From assembly GCA_002269645.1 (NCBI GenBank), contig NIVC01004391.1, positions 1 to 47,477 on the forward strand: 47,477 nucleotides of DNA, written 5' to 3'. The stretch comes from Macrostomum lignano (Eukaryota). Under the pieces are notes generated by a model that was given only the letters and a program-made list of their open reading frames with translations, made no database searches and was not told the origin of the DNA. Position numbers and translations under genes: made by a program. Below, one piece after another: positions 10,101-18,581 of the stretch; positions within the stretch are counted from its first letter, which is position 1, and each line of letters begins with the position of its first letter.

Positions 10101-11682
10101 ACAGACACTTGTGCGTAAAATATAGACCAGGCATAGGGTCTAGTTGGCTTAACCATGGCAGATTGTTGTAGCACAGTTCTGAGCAGGGTCTCAGTGCTCC
10201 AGATCTGTCAGGTGCAAAAATCTCCTCTAAGTAAGGTACATCTTCGTCAGTATCCAGGTGACTGATTAAGCAGTTAAGTAGTTCAACGCAGCTTCGTAGA
10301 ACTATCGGTGATACCGGAGCGCTGCTGCTTTGCTGATGGATGCGCGCAAGAGCTTGACAATAACTTCTGGCATCAAACCTTGTGGCAACGCCGAGAGCAT
10401 GTAGAAATGGTGCACACTTTTTAGGTTTTCGAAGGTATCGCAACGTGAAAAGATGAGGCGGCAGCTCTGTATCAGTGGGTTCAAACGAGACCTGCTGTGG
10501 AAGCAAGAAGCCTCCGGTTTCGTGGAATACTAATCGTTTCCGGCTGTTCGACGTTTGAGCCTTTTTCATGCGTTTAATTTCTTCAGAAAACTGATCGCCA
10601 GAGAGGTGCCGGTAAACAGCTTCACATATATCTGTGTAGCAAAGATCTGAATCTGATGAATGACTACTGGCCAGCGACTGCAGCTGCTGCCAAGCCAGAT
10701 CCCAGCTAACAGAGTCGCGCACGCCCAGTTCAACTAGCACATCATCCACATCAATAATGTTTAGAACGGTTTCATCAAGCACATCGTAGTTTAGACCGAC
10801 AAGATCTGCGAGGTGCTCGCGGAACAGATTCTGTGGATATTTCAGACAGTTGTCTCCCTTAACAGGCAGGAAAGCAATCCTAGACAACTGAGACAAAGCG
10901 TAATTTTTTTCCGAACTTTTCATTCCCCGAAGGTAGTAGAGCAGACTGCGAATACGATTGTACTGAAGCTGAGAGTTCAGCAACTTGGAAACACTTTTTG
11001 CTCGCTCCTCGAGTTCCAGTCCAGTGATGTCCGTGCGCAAGCCAAGGTTGTTCAGAGCTTTCAGTACACAATCATCGGAGCACAGGTCATTTCGAGGAAA
11101 CATCGCTGCATCTGCGGAGTCTGGTGTGCGGCAGAACAGGCTGGCAGCTCGGCACTTGGGACTAAGCAGGTCTGCTGGCCTTTTTAGGCTTCCACGACCG
11201 TCGGGTATGCAGAATGTGGTGCGCATTTTATCGCGCACCTTCTGCGTAACCAGTGCGCTGCAGGAGTCAAACTGAAAGCCGGGCCGTCCAATCAGTTTTA
11301 AAAGAAACGAAATAAATTCTTCAAAGTGCGATCGATTACTGCGCGAAAATATCGTATCGCTCTGCCACAGCTTTTCAGTAGAATTCAGTATACGCAGGAC
11401 GGCGTCTTCTACAGACAGAATGCGGCATTGAAACTCTCGACCGGCGTACTTGATCGCGGCTGCATGCACTTCAGCGGTTAACCAGACGATTCCATCAGAG
11501 ACTTGGTCAATCAGACTCTCCAAGTGTTTGGCAACGTTGGTGAAGCTGCGCAGACTTGGTTCGGCGAATTCGCTCCTGGCAAAACTAAGCCAGCTGTCGG
11601 AACAGGGGAACACGGCTGGACCATCTAATTTAAATGCCGACTTGTTCAACTGGCGGGCAAGCGGCTCCCACAGTCGGCCGAT
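4117..11682 (-). CDS. SACS: Sacsin-like protein, terminal exon 6 (2,521 aa): end of sacsin repeat 1, complete sacsin repeat 2 (GHKL/Hsp90-like ATPase), degenerate J-domain, HEPN domain
   Basis: The 2510-aa ORF extends 11 codons upstream to the acceptor tactttag|ATCGGC (IGRLWEPLARQ). It carries the sacsin repeat motifs FGQSENLTTRLEGILRGYP, KELIQNADDA, QGPALLAFSNSVF, GRFGVGFNCVYNVTD, LDPH, TIFRLPLRT and LPVHINGCFVLDPSRRALW. The C-terminus has FEPGELV, a J-like helix pair and a HEPN (HQAAEKALKAA...CRYP), in the same order as in vertebrate sacsin. Family membership is clear; orthology to SACS is untested. Confidence 0.93.
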   Translation of the reverse strand: MGRLWEPLARQLNKSAFKLDGPAVFPCSDSWLSFARSEFAEPSLRSFTNVAKHLESLIDQVSDGIVWLTAEVHAAAIKYAGREFQCRILSVEDAVLRILNSTEKLWQSDTIFSRSNRSHFEEFISFLLKLIGRPGFQFDSCSALVTQKVRDKMRTTFCIPDGRGSLKRPADLLSPKCRAASLFCRTPDSADAAMFPRNDLCSDDCVLKALNNLGLRTDITGLELEERAKSVSKLLNSQLQYNRIRSLLYYLRGMKSSEKNYALSQLSRIAFLPVKGDNCLKYPQNLFREHLADLVGLNYDVLDETVLNIIDVDDVLVELGVRDSVSWDLAWQQLQSLASSHSSDSDLCYTDICEAVYRHLSGDQFSEEIKRMKKAQTSNSRKRLVFHETGGFLLPQQVSFEPTDTELPPHLFTLRYLRKPKKCAPFLHALGVATRFDARSYCQALARIHQQSSSAPVSPIVLRSCVELLNCLISHLDTDEDVPYLEEIFAPDRSGALRPCSELCYNNLPWLSQLDPMPGLYFTHKCLSYEICERLGVPTQREQTLRQICEPFGQSENLTTRLEGILRGYPLGIELFKELIQNADDAEATEVVFVNDKRKLPGKQVLSDSWHELQGPALLAFSNSVFTESDLKGIQSLGVGSKQSEAWKTGRFGVGFNCVYNVTDVPQFISNGDTFCVLDPHCRYTHLAGTTTPGAKYSLTQRHKKMFKDALEGFLPGRLQQAGCTIFRLPLRTPDQAEKSKICSSSVSSAMIEELFEEFRSEIASTMLFLTNVRLITLMEVHLDGTITEICVANARASTSIGDFSAFNASCHSVGMSLKQPGAALTSLTCDTIAYTLEISEKADKLGSKKQGSVATEKWMIAQCVSLPQNGSAAQLKELEKKVAAGGWPILPKVGVAARLSNQSTHRDTEIYRVFSLLPLPISTELPVHINGCFVLDPSRRALWCGHSVDAETQWNDMLTCELLPHCYATMLNAIKQQPDLSLDCYCSLLPKLGESSSLWTKMANRLYGELLTGRWALLPCQSGANRTVSWLPLATSEESVDGKTCFLVGSASIHDQRPVLMQLGIPLIVKKLEHLISRFCMLNCSRETKSYIPVLSAAVLSNYLNGPLCARLRRGLPMSVEETAFQNAESVACVIEFITRSYTTASDAHIEVQLLAGTPLNLAADNVLELFSTEKAAFLTSWSERIFSDPNARKMFVHKLVLKIFSENFESYKKAIESRLFKEFGIADFSELLAKFFPDLICSSRRLIPNINSTGDAFVSDEWLTNVWEFLSSKLYSESHQLNKLSCLSNAALLPIESGSNDSSQSKLATVSLLPCVLCVDGCASLSNLNIDLLAALDELHCPKINSDNSFLRSHCGSVDRPAKMLRVFNCILMSKSPSSRQAFVVLQYIQENWQSLLSAYKVEQLCTIVKKLPIFVTLDGQCVSVSDKTVYVLSAKIATSDMHLWKLDQSTVLLKQEKQLKNLFTCMSFSNLDQWGAYAAFILPAFFKFSNSTKFQHIDMLQKKVSQLLPEQKLRAEQKNVLALLKSTEIVFAHDRWRLASAFYDDSVELFKHIVPEDELLPSHYRQQSMRKLLNHAGLISECSEDLLLSFAKNLEEEGQRKFTADVTKKSEAIISYLKQPGSALSDSCLGRLANISFVVSDELNELQSLFEVKQSKMLKLRDSVRFSNRFLCWTASTICPEYVKQISQHFGKLAVRQVPTADDFKKHLNNLLSSSSFLSVRLSEENVELRKKIMNKIYLHIKKNLRLSEFASLEILRRGPFVIVDNGKYLLPAKCICLVSSKEIPPYIISCPRELMQFSEVFETFGATREITMSQVYYALQCLKEKSDASYALGEEEMNVVSECLSVMTNLLDRDEQNFSQKTTPLYLTTSSKHKDKQVLCMENVLNLAINDAPDYYKRIGGHCELHVQLIDIEFANLNSDKQNMLNKYLRDNLGVRTLSQLVNERLADNSQHCKIDGCSVAQTVKKKLIHPDMLNGLVRIIQHADGRSRLTLETCHDKLKAALVELKVQCMKDLMSVLSVDDKVFVDSQQEKKSFLVEKTIYVRHTDSDCGNDYITLWYKELTVVVNSFVSSVLGFKTDICGNMQTWLRFEDLTLIATELDKDNVATCSFGHEGAEQERCDVALGSLVPAMLRSQLQELTSFQHDRLLQFEPGELVALHQRTENDDTDTFVLARVVARSDRSSSNSWLQEYTVEVGANGTVRSTALELFNIRQQRESLADIGDSSEEDAALQEELSRLLQQGQSLPASSDCRLAVRRVVQHCSPGRHSATFDHRTESTSSLSFVQALHNYVNTQVARIGSNFVREMLSKWQSDADDVGTAGHLLLELDSPDSTTTLSTRKRRAPTAATSGGEFSFPAKIFRSSCSTSCISSATVSPGRDIALHYWRVARDDHRAGGNDIHRDQRLAANWAVYKAHQAAEKALKAAVLASGKPAVKSHRLQDNLGLIVQQDMQRRLLTFAGALTRSQGSVDCRYPGGSSDPSALSRKDAKSALEASENILEEVRTFLLELGFSDAELN

Positions 11683-11938
11683 CTAAAGTACATGAGAAAT
11701 GGTGCGTTGGTGAGCTGACACAAATTTTAGGACTCGTCCACAGCTTAAACTACACAAAAGTCGCTGATGAAGCATTTGTTAAGCACAAAATAGGTTAAGC
11801 ACAAGATAGACTCAAGCATCATGAATAGCAATTACTCGTTCGGATATTTTTGAAAATATTTCCAAACGGTTCTCAAAACTCGCTATTCGAAAGTTTAGAA
11901 AAAACTCTTCCATACTAGAAAATCGAATAGCAACTCAC

Positions 11939-12625
11939 CATTCCCTGCGGCCAGAGACGGAGAAACTTCTCGGCCGGGGCTCCACCCTTTGCCAGCAGTT
12001 CCAGGCAGCGCAAATAGGCGGGCGCCACAACGCCTGATAACAGGCAGGCGTTCCACTGGCCGGGGCTCCATTCGCCCCGCCTGTCGTCGCCTGTCGCCTC
12101 GAGCAGGTGGCGCCGGCTCGAGTCGAGCGCAAACGCGCCGTTCAAAAGCACCGGGAACGGTGGAGCCTCAGCGCCAGATGGCAGCGGCAGGAAGCAGAAG
12201 GCGGCCGACTCGGAAGGTGGCAGCTGAGCTGGCGTCATCCGGGATGCCCCCTCGAGACGGACGGCGACCGAGCCGACGGGTGACAGTGCCAGGCTGGGGT
12301 GCTCGGTGGCCATTTTGACCGCCTCGGAGCCTCCCAGCGCTGAAGTCACCAGCCAGCGACGCTCGCGTATGCGGCCAATTGTTGACAGTTGGCTGACAAA
12401 GTTCTGCCGGGCCTGCGGTGGCAGAGATTCGCCTAGGCTGACTTTCACTCGCATTGTGAAGCTGCTCAGCACCGGTTCCTGTCTGCCAGCTATTGGCTTC
12501 TTCATCACAGCTCGGGCCGCCTTCAGCAGGCTGCAGTGAACCGCAAGCGGCTCCGTCACGCCCGGAGTCGGCAGGCTGTGGCTGGAGAGACTGCGCTCCA
12601 GACTGCGCTCAACCAGCAGCAGCGT
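11939..12625 (-). CDS. SACS: Sacsin-like protein, exon 5 (229 codons, sacsin repeat 1)
   Basis: Acceptor ttgtcag|ACGCTG and donor ATG|gtgagt, both phase 0. Encodes AFCFLPLP...PVLLNGAFALDSSRRHL...WNACLLSGVVAPAY, the sacsin-repeat sr2 motif. Confidence 0.88.
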
Positions 12626-13106
12626 CTGACAATTTTAACAGTTGTGAAAATCTTACCACTCTGGACTTTGTAGCATTACATAAAAATTCTTGGATTGATA
12701 CAGCTTCCAACATGCAGTAGCCTTATCTGTTTCATTATTCATTATTTATAAATTAACATGTAGACTTACAACTAATTTTTTCCATACGCAACCAACACAA
12801 AAACGCGTCATCAGATAAAACCCGGCCCCAAAAATAAAGACCACCATAAGCCAACAACCCTCTTCCCTTTATGGACTGTAGAGAGTTATTAAAACCATAC
12901 CGTAATGTGCTACATAAAGTAATACTCTAAGAAAAGTCTATTTTAATCTGCAACCTAGAGACTAGAGTCATGCGCAAGTAGAGTGATTTAGAACCCTACG
13001 TAGGACCAACGTCTGTTTGATCAAGGAACCGGTTTTCAACAGCTGTGTTTACTTAACTCCATATAAGGTAATGCTTAAACATGCATGACCGCTTAATCAA
13101 ACATGA

Positions 13107-13930
13107 ATGACCGAAGTAAATATCCGAGTAATAAATTCAGACTTGGAGCGGTCTCAAATAAGACTTTGAAGAAGAAAAGGAGATCAATCTCCGAGGGACT
13201 ACACTTGTCCAATTGGTAAGCGTTTAACAGCTTTAGTTATTTGTTGCTAGCATTAATAAGTCGATTAATTGAGTTTACGAGAGCCATTTATTGTCGAAAT
13301 CTTTGAGAAAGGCCTCCTTATTTCCTAGGATATATTCTTAGAGGATTTATTTATTGATTTGAGTTATCTGTTACGCTTCGGACGTGACGAAGACGCCCTT
13401 TGGGAGGATCTATTACAGAACTCAGAGAATTCAATTGTTCATTAGGGCGCACGTTCTATTGTTAATTCCGAGCTCGAGGACCGTCAAGATCTCTGATTCG
13501 CTCTCGTTTTTGGTCGACCCACAGTTAAAGTCAAGGATCCACGGAAGCCAGCCGTCACTACAGCAAGCAAGGTCAGCTACACCCTTCAAGACAAAGACGC
13601 TTGCAAGTTACCAGAGGAGCCGCTTCAGTAAGATTTATTTGATTTAGCATATACCTAGGCACTTGTTCCCCAGTGTCTAGAGTGGGAGTTTTCGAGTGAC
13701 TGATCAACACTTTTAAACTCTTCAGGACCAACAATCCCGGTTATACGCCAACAAATCACTTTGTAAACTTCTGATTGACTGACAATTCATTCAACAACCT
13801 ACTTGATAGGCTAACAATTCCCACTAAGTAAACCAACAATCCTGTTTATGGATGAAGATCTATTCCTTACTCAAACGCAAGAGTTACTAGCCTATTGCAT
13901 TGGGACGAACTCTAACCGCCATAATCAGAA
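13107..13930 (+). pseudogene. Relic ORF antisense within intron 4 of the sacsin-like gene (frame +3, ATG at 13107)
   Basis: About 275 codons without an apparent frameshift: MTEVNIRVINSDLERSQIRL*...LSLREPFIVEIFEKGLLIS*DIFLEDLFIDLSYLLRFGRDEDALWEDLL... In 13305-13700 about one third of codons start with G and about one fifth are Asp/Glu (manual count), a coding-type bias. About 14 in-frame stops. Product unknown. Confidence 0.5.
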
Positions 13931-13948
13931 ATAGCTCCAAATCCAAAC

Positions 13949-14188
13949 CTTGCATTCTGAGTGGCCCTCGCCTCGATAAGCGAGCCGCAGCCGGCGCACC
14001 GACTGGGCGAACATGATGAGATTAGTCGCCTGCTCAGCAGTCTGTCGCATCAGAGACCAGGCGTCGTTAACCGAGTAGTGGAGCTGACGGATGCGCGACT
14101 TTCTAGCCAGAGCTGGCGAACGGAGCGGCAGGCGGATCAGGGTGCCCCGGTACGGCCTGCCTTGGCGCAGGTCGCAGCCCAGCATGCC
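13949..14188 (-). CDS. SACS: Sacsin-like protein, exon 4 (80 codons)
   Basis: Acceptor ctcgcag|GGCATG and donor AAG|gtttgg, phase 0. Encodes GMLGCDL...YRGTLIRLPLRS...LIMFAQSVRRL, matching the sacsin GTLFRLPLR...LLFLKSV motif. Confidence 0.88.
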
Positions 14189-14290
14189 CTGCGAGTTGAA
14201 TTGCATTAGAATATGTTGGTTCATTTGGTTCTTGTTGATCTTGTTAAGCATAAAGAAACCAAAGCCAACTTTTTAGTGGCACGGGAGAGG

Positions 14291-14420
14291 GGCGGGGCAG
14301 AGCATCTCAGCGGTAAGCGCGTTTGACTCTCGCGCCGTGACCCCTTGGTTTGATTCCGTGCGCAAACACTTTCATTTGGGGCAGGAGGGTTGTCGTGTTA
14401 CGAGGGCCAACCCCCAAGGC
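14291..14420 (+). mobile_element. tRNA-derived SINE-like head with Pol III A/B boxes
   Basis: A-box-like TCTCAGCGGTAAGCGCG (~14305-14321) and B-box-like GGTTTGATTCC (14347-14357, one C>T from GGTTCGATTCC) with tRNA-like spacing. No clean acceptor stem. Followed by a hairpin GGGTTG-TCGT/ACGA-CAACCC (14387-14413). Confidence 0.55.
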
Positions 14421-14945
14421 ATAGAGAGCGTACATGCCTGACGATTAAAAAGCCAAGGGTCGCTGTACACCTTTGTATACACCTTTTCGCTGTACACGTT
14501 GTCGCTAACAACGTAGCGCCATGCCAGTACGCCTACATACCTCGTGCGATTATTATTATTTTGATTATGATCGGAAACTCTGTTTCTTAGAAATCCTTTA
14601 AAGCTGGTTATACACCAAAATATACAAGAAATAGATAAACATTTTGGCACAAAACAGGGGCTTTTAATACAGCTTGCTAGTTTCATTGCTCCACTAATTT
14701 TTGCAAAGAGCTATTTGAAAAGCTAAGTCTAGCTCGTGTTTTAAATGACTTGCATTGTCTAGCAATGGAATATCTTGTAATTAGAAGCAATAAACAGATT
14801 TTATTAAAAGATTAGCTCTCGATCTGATTCAAACATAACATCTCGTTAGTGCATTTTGGCGTACGAGTCAAGCTAGCCTTCATAGAATTTCTAACAAAAC
14901 GAAATTTTGCATCTTTCTAATAAAGTCGTCCTTCTAAAAACTTGC

Positions 14946-15095
14946 CTGATAAGGCGCCAACTGATCCTTGTACTCAGTGAACACCTCTCCATGGGCTGAC
15001 AGGTCTAGCCTTACTCCAGTCTGTCGCTGGCCCATGCTCTGGTATAAGTTCTCCAAGTAGCCACCGCCAACCTGGTCGCCGTGCGGGTCTAGCAC
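14946..15095 (-). CDS. SACS: Sacsin-like protein, exon 3 (50 codons; not in the ORF track), followed by a GC-AG intron
   Basis: Manual translation gives VLDPHGDQVGGGYLENLYQSMGQRQTGVRLDLSAHGEVFTEYKDQLAPYQ. Acceptor ctgcag|GTG, donor CAG|gcaagt. It supplies the LDPH and DQxAPY motifs in frame between exons 2 and 4. Confidence 0.85.
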
Positions 15096-15219
15096 CTGCA
15101 GCATTTAATGAGACACTTGGATGTTTTCAATAAACACCACCCATTTAATGAGACTCTCGACTCATAGCACCTGCTATGCCTGATCTTTGATGGTGATGCT
15201 TCTGAGCCCCATACATCAG

Positions 15220-16193
15220 CTTGATTCTCTCCCGACACTCCTGATTGATTCTCCTGACACTCCTGATTGATTCACCTGACACTCCTGATTGATTCCCCTG
15301 ACACTCCTGATTGATTCTCCCCGACACTCCTGATTGATTCACCTGACACTCCTGATTGATTCACCTGACACTCCTGATTGATTCACCTGACACTCCTGAT
15401 TGATTCCCCTCACACTCCTGCTTGATTCCCCCCGACACTCCTGATTGATTCACCTGACACTCCTGCTTGATTCTCCTGACACTCCTGCTTGATTCACCTG
15501 ACACTCCTGCTTGATTCTCCTGACACTCCTGATTGATTCTCCTGACACTTCTGATTGATTCCCCTCACACTCCTGATTGATTCACCTGACACTCCTGATT
15601 GATTCACCTGACACTCCTGATTGATTTACCTGACACTCCTGATTGATTCACCTGACACTCCTGATTGATTCCCCTCACACTCCTGCTTGATTCCCCCGAC
15701 ACTCCTGATTGATTCACCTGACACTCCTGCTTGATTCTCCTGACACTCCTGCTTGATTCACCTGACACTCCTGCTTGATTCTCCTGACACTCCTGATTGA
15801 TTCTCCTGACACTCCTGCTTGATTCTCCTGACACTCCTGATTGATTCACCTGACACTCCTGATTGATTCCCCTCACACTCCTGCTTGATTCCCCCCGACA
15901 CTCCTGATTGATTCACCTGACACTCCTGCTTGATTCTCCTGACACTCCTGCTTGATTCACCTGACACTCCTGCTTGATTCTCCTGACACTCCTGATTGAT
16001 TCTCCTGACACTCCTGCTTGATTCTCCTGACACTCCTGCTTGATTCACCTGACACTCCTGCTTGATTCTCCTGACACTCCTGATTGATTCACCTGACACT
16101 CCTGCTTGATTCTCCTGACAATCCTGATTGATTCACCTGACACTCCTGATTGATTCACCTGACACTCCTGATTTATTCACAGCTGACACTCCT
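15220..16193. repeat. 22-nt minisatellite (ctcctgattgattcacctgaca), intron 2 of the sacsin-like gene
   Basis: About 44 tandem copies with recurring variant cassettes. Confidence 0.95.
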
Positions 16194-16323
16194 CAATGAT
16201 AAAAGTACATTTACTGAAACTGGTTGTATCCCATTGAACTCTATTTTCTGACACTTCATCACAATGATAGTATTTTGAGAGGTAAACCATCAGAGGTAAA
16301 AGCCGAGAGATCAGCCATCACAC

Positions 16324-16512
16324 CTGCAGGAAATGTCCGCTAAGCACCGAAGGGACATCCGTGAGGTTGTAAACGGCATTGAATCCCAGGCCGAACTTGC
16401 CAACCTGGCCCTCGTCGAGCCGCGCTCGCTTAGTGGCGCCGCCAAGTCGCAATAAATTATCGAAGTCGCTCTGCGTAAATGAAGCGTCATTGTGCGCCCA
16501 CAGGCTCGGGCC
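16324..16512 (-). CDS. SACS: Sacsin-like protein, exon 2 (63 codons; GHKL ATP-lid region)
   Basis: Acceptor tcacgcag|GGC and donor CAG|gtgtga. Encodes GPSLWAHNDASFTQSDF...GKFGLGFNAVYNLTDVP. Confidence 0.9.
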
Positions 16513-16554
16513 CTGCGTGACCAAAAGGGGTTGGCAGACAGTTTCACTAAACAC

Positions 16555-17600
16555 ACCCCACAAATCCCAGGATGCCCCACAAATCCCAGGATGCCCCACA
16601 AATCCCAGGATGCCCTACAAATCCCAGGATGCCCCACAAATTCCAGGATACCCCACAAATCCCAGGATGCCCCACAAATCCCAGGATGCCCCACAAATCC
16701 CAGGATGCCCCACAAATCCCAGGATGCCCCACAAATTCCAGGATACCCCACAAATCCCAGGATACCCTCACAAATCCCAGGATGCCCCACAAATCCCAGG
16801 ATAACCCACAAATCCCAGGATACCCCACAAATGCCAGGATACCCCACAAATCCCAGGATACCCCACAAATCCCAGGATACCCCACAAATCCCAGGATGCC
16901 CCACAAATCCCAGGATACCCTTAAAAATCCCAGGATGCCCCACAAATCCCAGGATACCCCACAAATCCCAGGATGCCCCACAAATCCCAGGATACCCCAC
17001 AAATCCCAGGATACCCCACAAATCCCAGGATGCCCCACAAATCCCAGGATGCCCCACAAATCCCAGGATGCCCCACAAATCCCAGGATGCCCCACAAATC
17101 CCAGGATACCCCACAAATCCCAGGATGCCCTCACAAATTTCAGGATGCCCCACAAATCCCAGGATGCCCCACAAATCCCAGGATACCCCACAAATCCCAG
17201 GATACCCCACAAATCCCAGGATGCCCCACAAATCCCAGGATACCCCACAAATCCCAGGATACCCCACAAATCCCAGGATGCCCCACAAATCCCAGGATAC
17301 CCCACAAAACCCAAGATATCCTAAAAACCGCAGGATACCTCACAACCCACAGAATGCCTCACAACCCACAGAATGCCTCACAACCCACAGAATGCCTCAC
17401 AACCCATAGAATGCCCCAGAACCCACAGAATACCTTACAAGCCAAGATACCTCACAACCCACAGAATACCTCACAACCCACAGCATACCTCATAAACCAA
17501 AGGATACCCCACCAACTCCAGGGTACCTTACAAACCACAGGATACCCCACAAACCCCAGGATACCCCACAAACTTCAGGATACCATACAAACTTCAGGAC
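16555..17600. repeat. 19-nt minisatellite (cacaaatcccaggatgccc), intron 1 of the sacsin-like gene
   Basis: Tandem copies drifting to cacaacccacagaatgcct and other variants toward 17340-17600. Confidence 0.95.
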
Positions 17601-17791
17601 TGCAAGATACATAAAAAACTCTGGATATTAATGAACCAGACATCTTTGAATGCTCTGTATAACAAATATAAAGTCGAGTTTAACAATTAAGGATTCATCT
17701 GGCACACTTCTTATAGCTTATAGAAATAATTATTTGCTGTAAAATGATTTCGATTTGCTTAAACACAATCTCAAATTGGCTTCTGCCTCAC

Positions 17792-18016
17792 CTGCCAATC
17801 TGCCAGTTGAGGGTCCAGAAGGCTTTTGCAGTAATCCAGGTGATTTCGTGTGTCCAGCACCAAGGTCAACTCTGTGGCCCCCGCATCATCAGCATTTTGT
17901 AGCAGCTCTTTAGGCACAGCAAGGCCATCTGAGTATTCACCTAGGAGGCCACGTATTCGATCAGTAAGGCTCTCAGATTGACCTTGAAGGATCAGGCCTC
18001 GCCTTTGCAAATGCAT
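17792..18016 (-). CDS. SACS: Sacsin-like protein, exon 1 or first identifiable exon (start of sacsin repeat 1)
   Basis: Encodes GQSESLTDRIRGLLGEYSDG...KELLQNADDAGA...LADWQ with donor CAG|gtgagg in phase 0 to exon 2. The ATG at 18016 is the first in-frame start, but a further upstream exon or trans-splicing cannot be excluded. Confidence 0.82.
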
Positions 18017-18568
18017 AAGTATTGTGAGATGCCAAAGCTGACTTGTTTAGCATGAAGTTAAATTGTGTTATTATTGATTAAAAAGCTAGAGATAATGTTT
18101 AAATTTATCCTGAGAAAAAAAGCTAAATATTCTATAATGTAGCATACTATACATATATTTTCTTTTAATTCTTTAATTCTATTCTTGGCACATGAACAAC
18201 AGCATAGTGAGTTTTTAGAACTCTCTCAATGGAATAATTTTTTTCGAAACTTTGATTTTATAGTTAAGTAAAAAAATAAACTTAAGTTAAATTAAACTTA
18301 AATTAAACATTAAAGCACAAAAATATGTAAAACAAAGTATAATACTAATAAATAGTATTGTAATAGTCTATAGCCACATCCAGTTTTAATTTATCATTGT
18401 TTAAAACCAACCGAATTCTTCCATGGTTGATTAAAAAAGCTCCTATCAGCTCTTATCCCATAGCAAGCCAAGAAGTCAAGTGAGGTCCGCTTGAAAACGA
18501 AAAACGAAAGATTAATTTAAAAAATGTCTCCACCATTTTTCGATTTAAAACGTTAAATACGACATTTT

Positions 18569-18581
18569 GTTGCTAGGTAAC
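18569..18581. promoter_or_regulatory. RFX X-box-like palindrome GTTGCTAGGTAAC upstream of the sacsin-like gene
   Basis: Matches the RFX consensus GTTGCY-N-RGYAAC, about 550 nt upstream of the first identified exon. Confidence 0.35.

Noticed and set aside
14390-14940. Frame +2 reading as protein-like if stops are read as Q/R (FCKELFEKLSLARVLNDLHCLAMEYL...)
   Set aside because: It overlaps the SINE-like body, frame-bias evidence was not established, and the risk of pattern over-reading in AT-rich DNA is high. Worth including in the computational test of the RIP-like hypothesis.
15145-17614. Long ORFs on both strands (up to 325 aa; PQIPG and SGESIRS repeats)
   Set aside because: They are translations of the 22-nt and 19-nt intronic minisatellites, open in several frames at once. 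Only 16324-16512 within them is a real exon.
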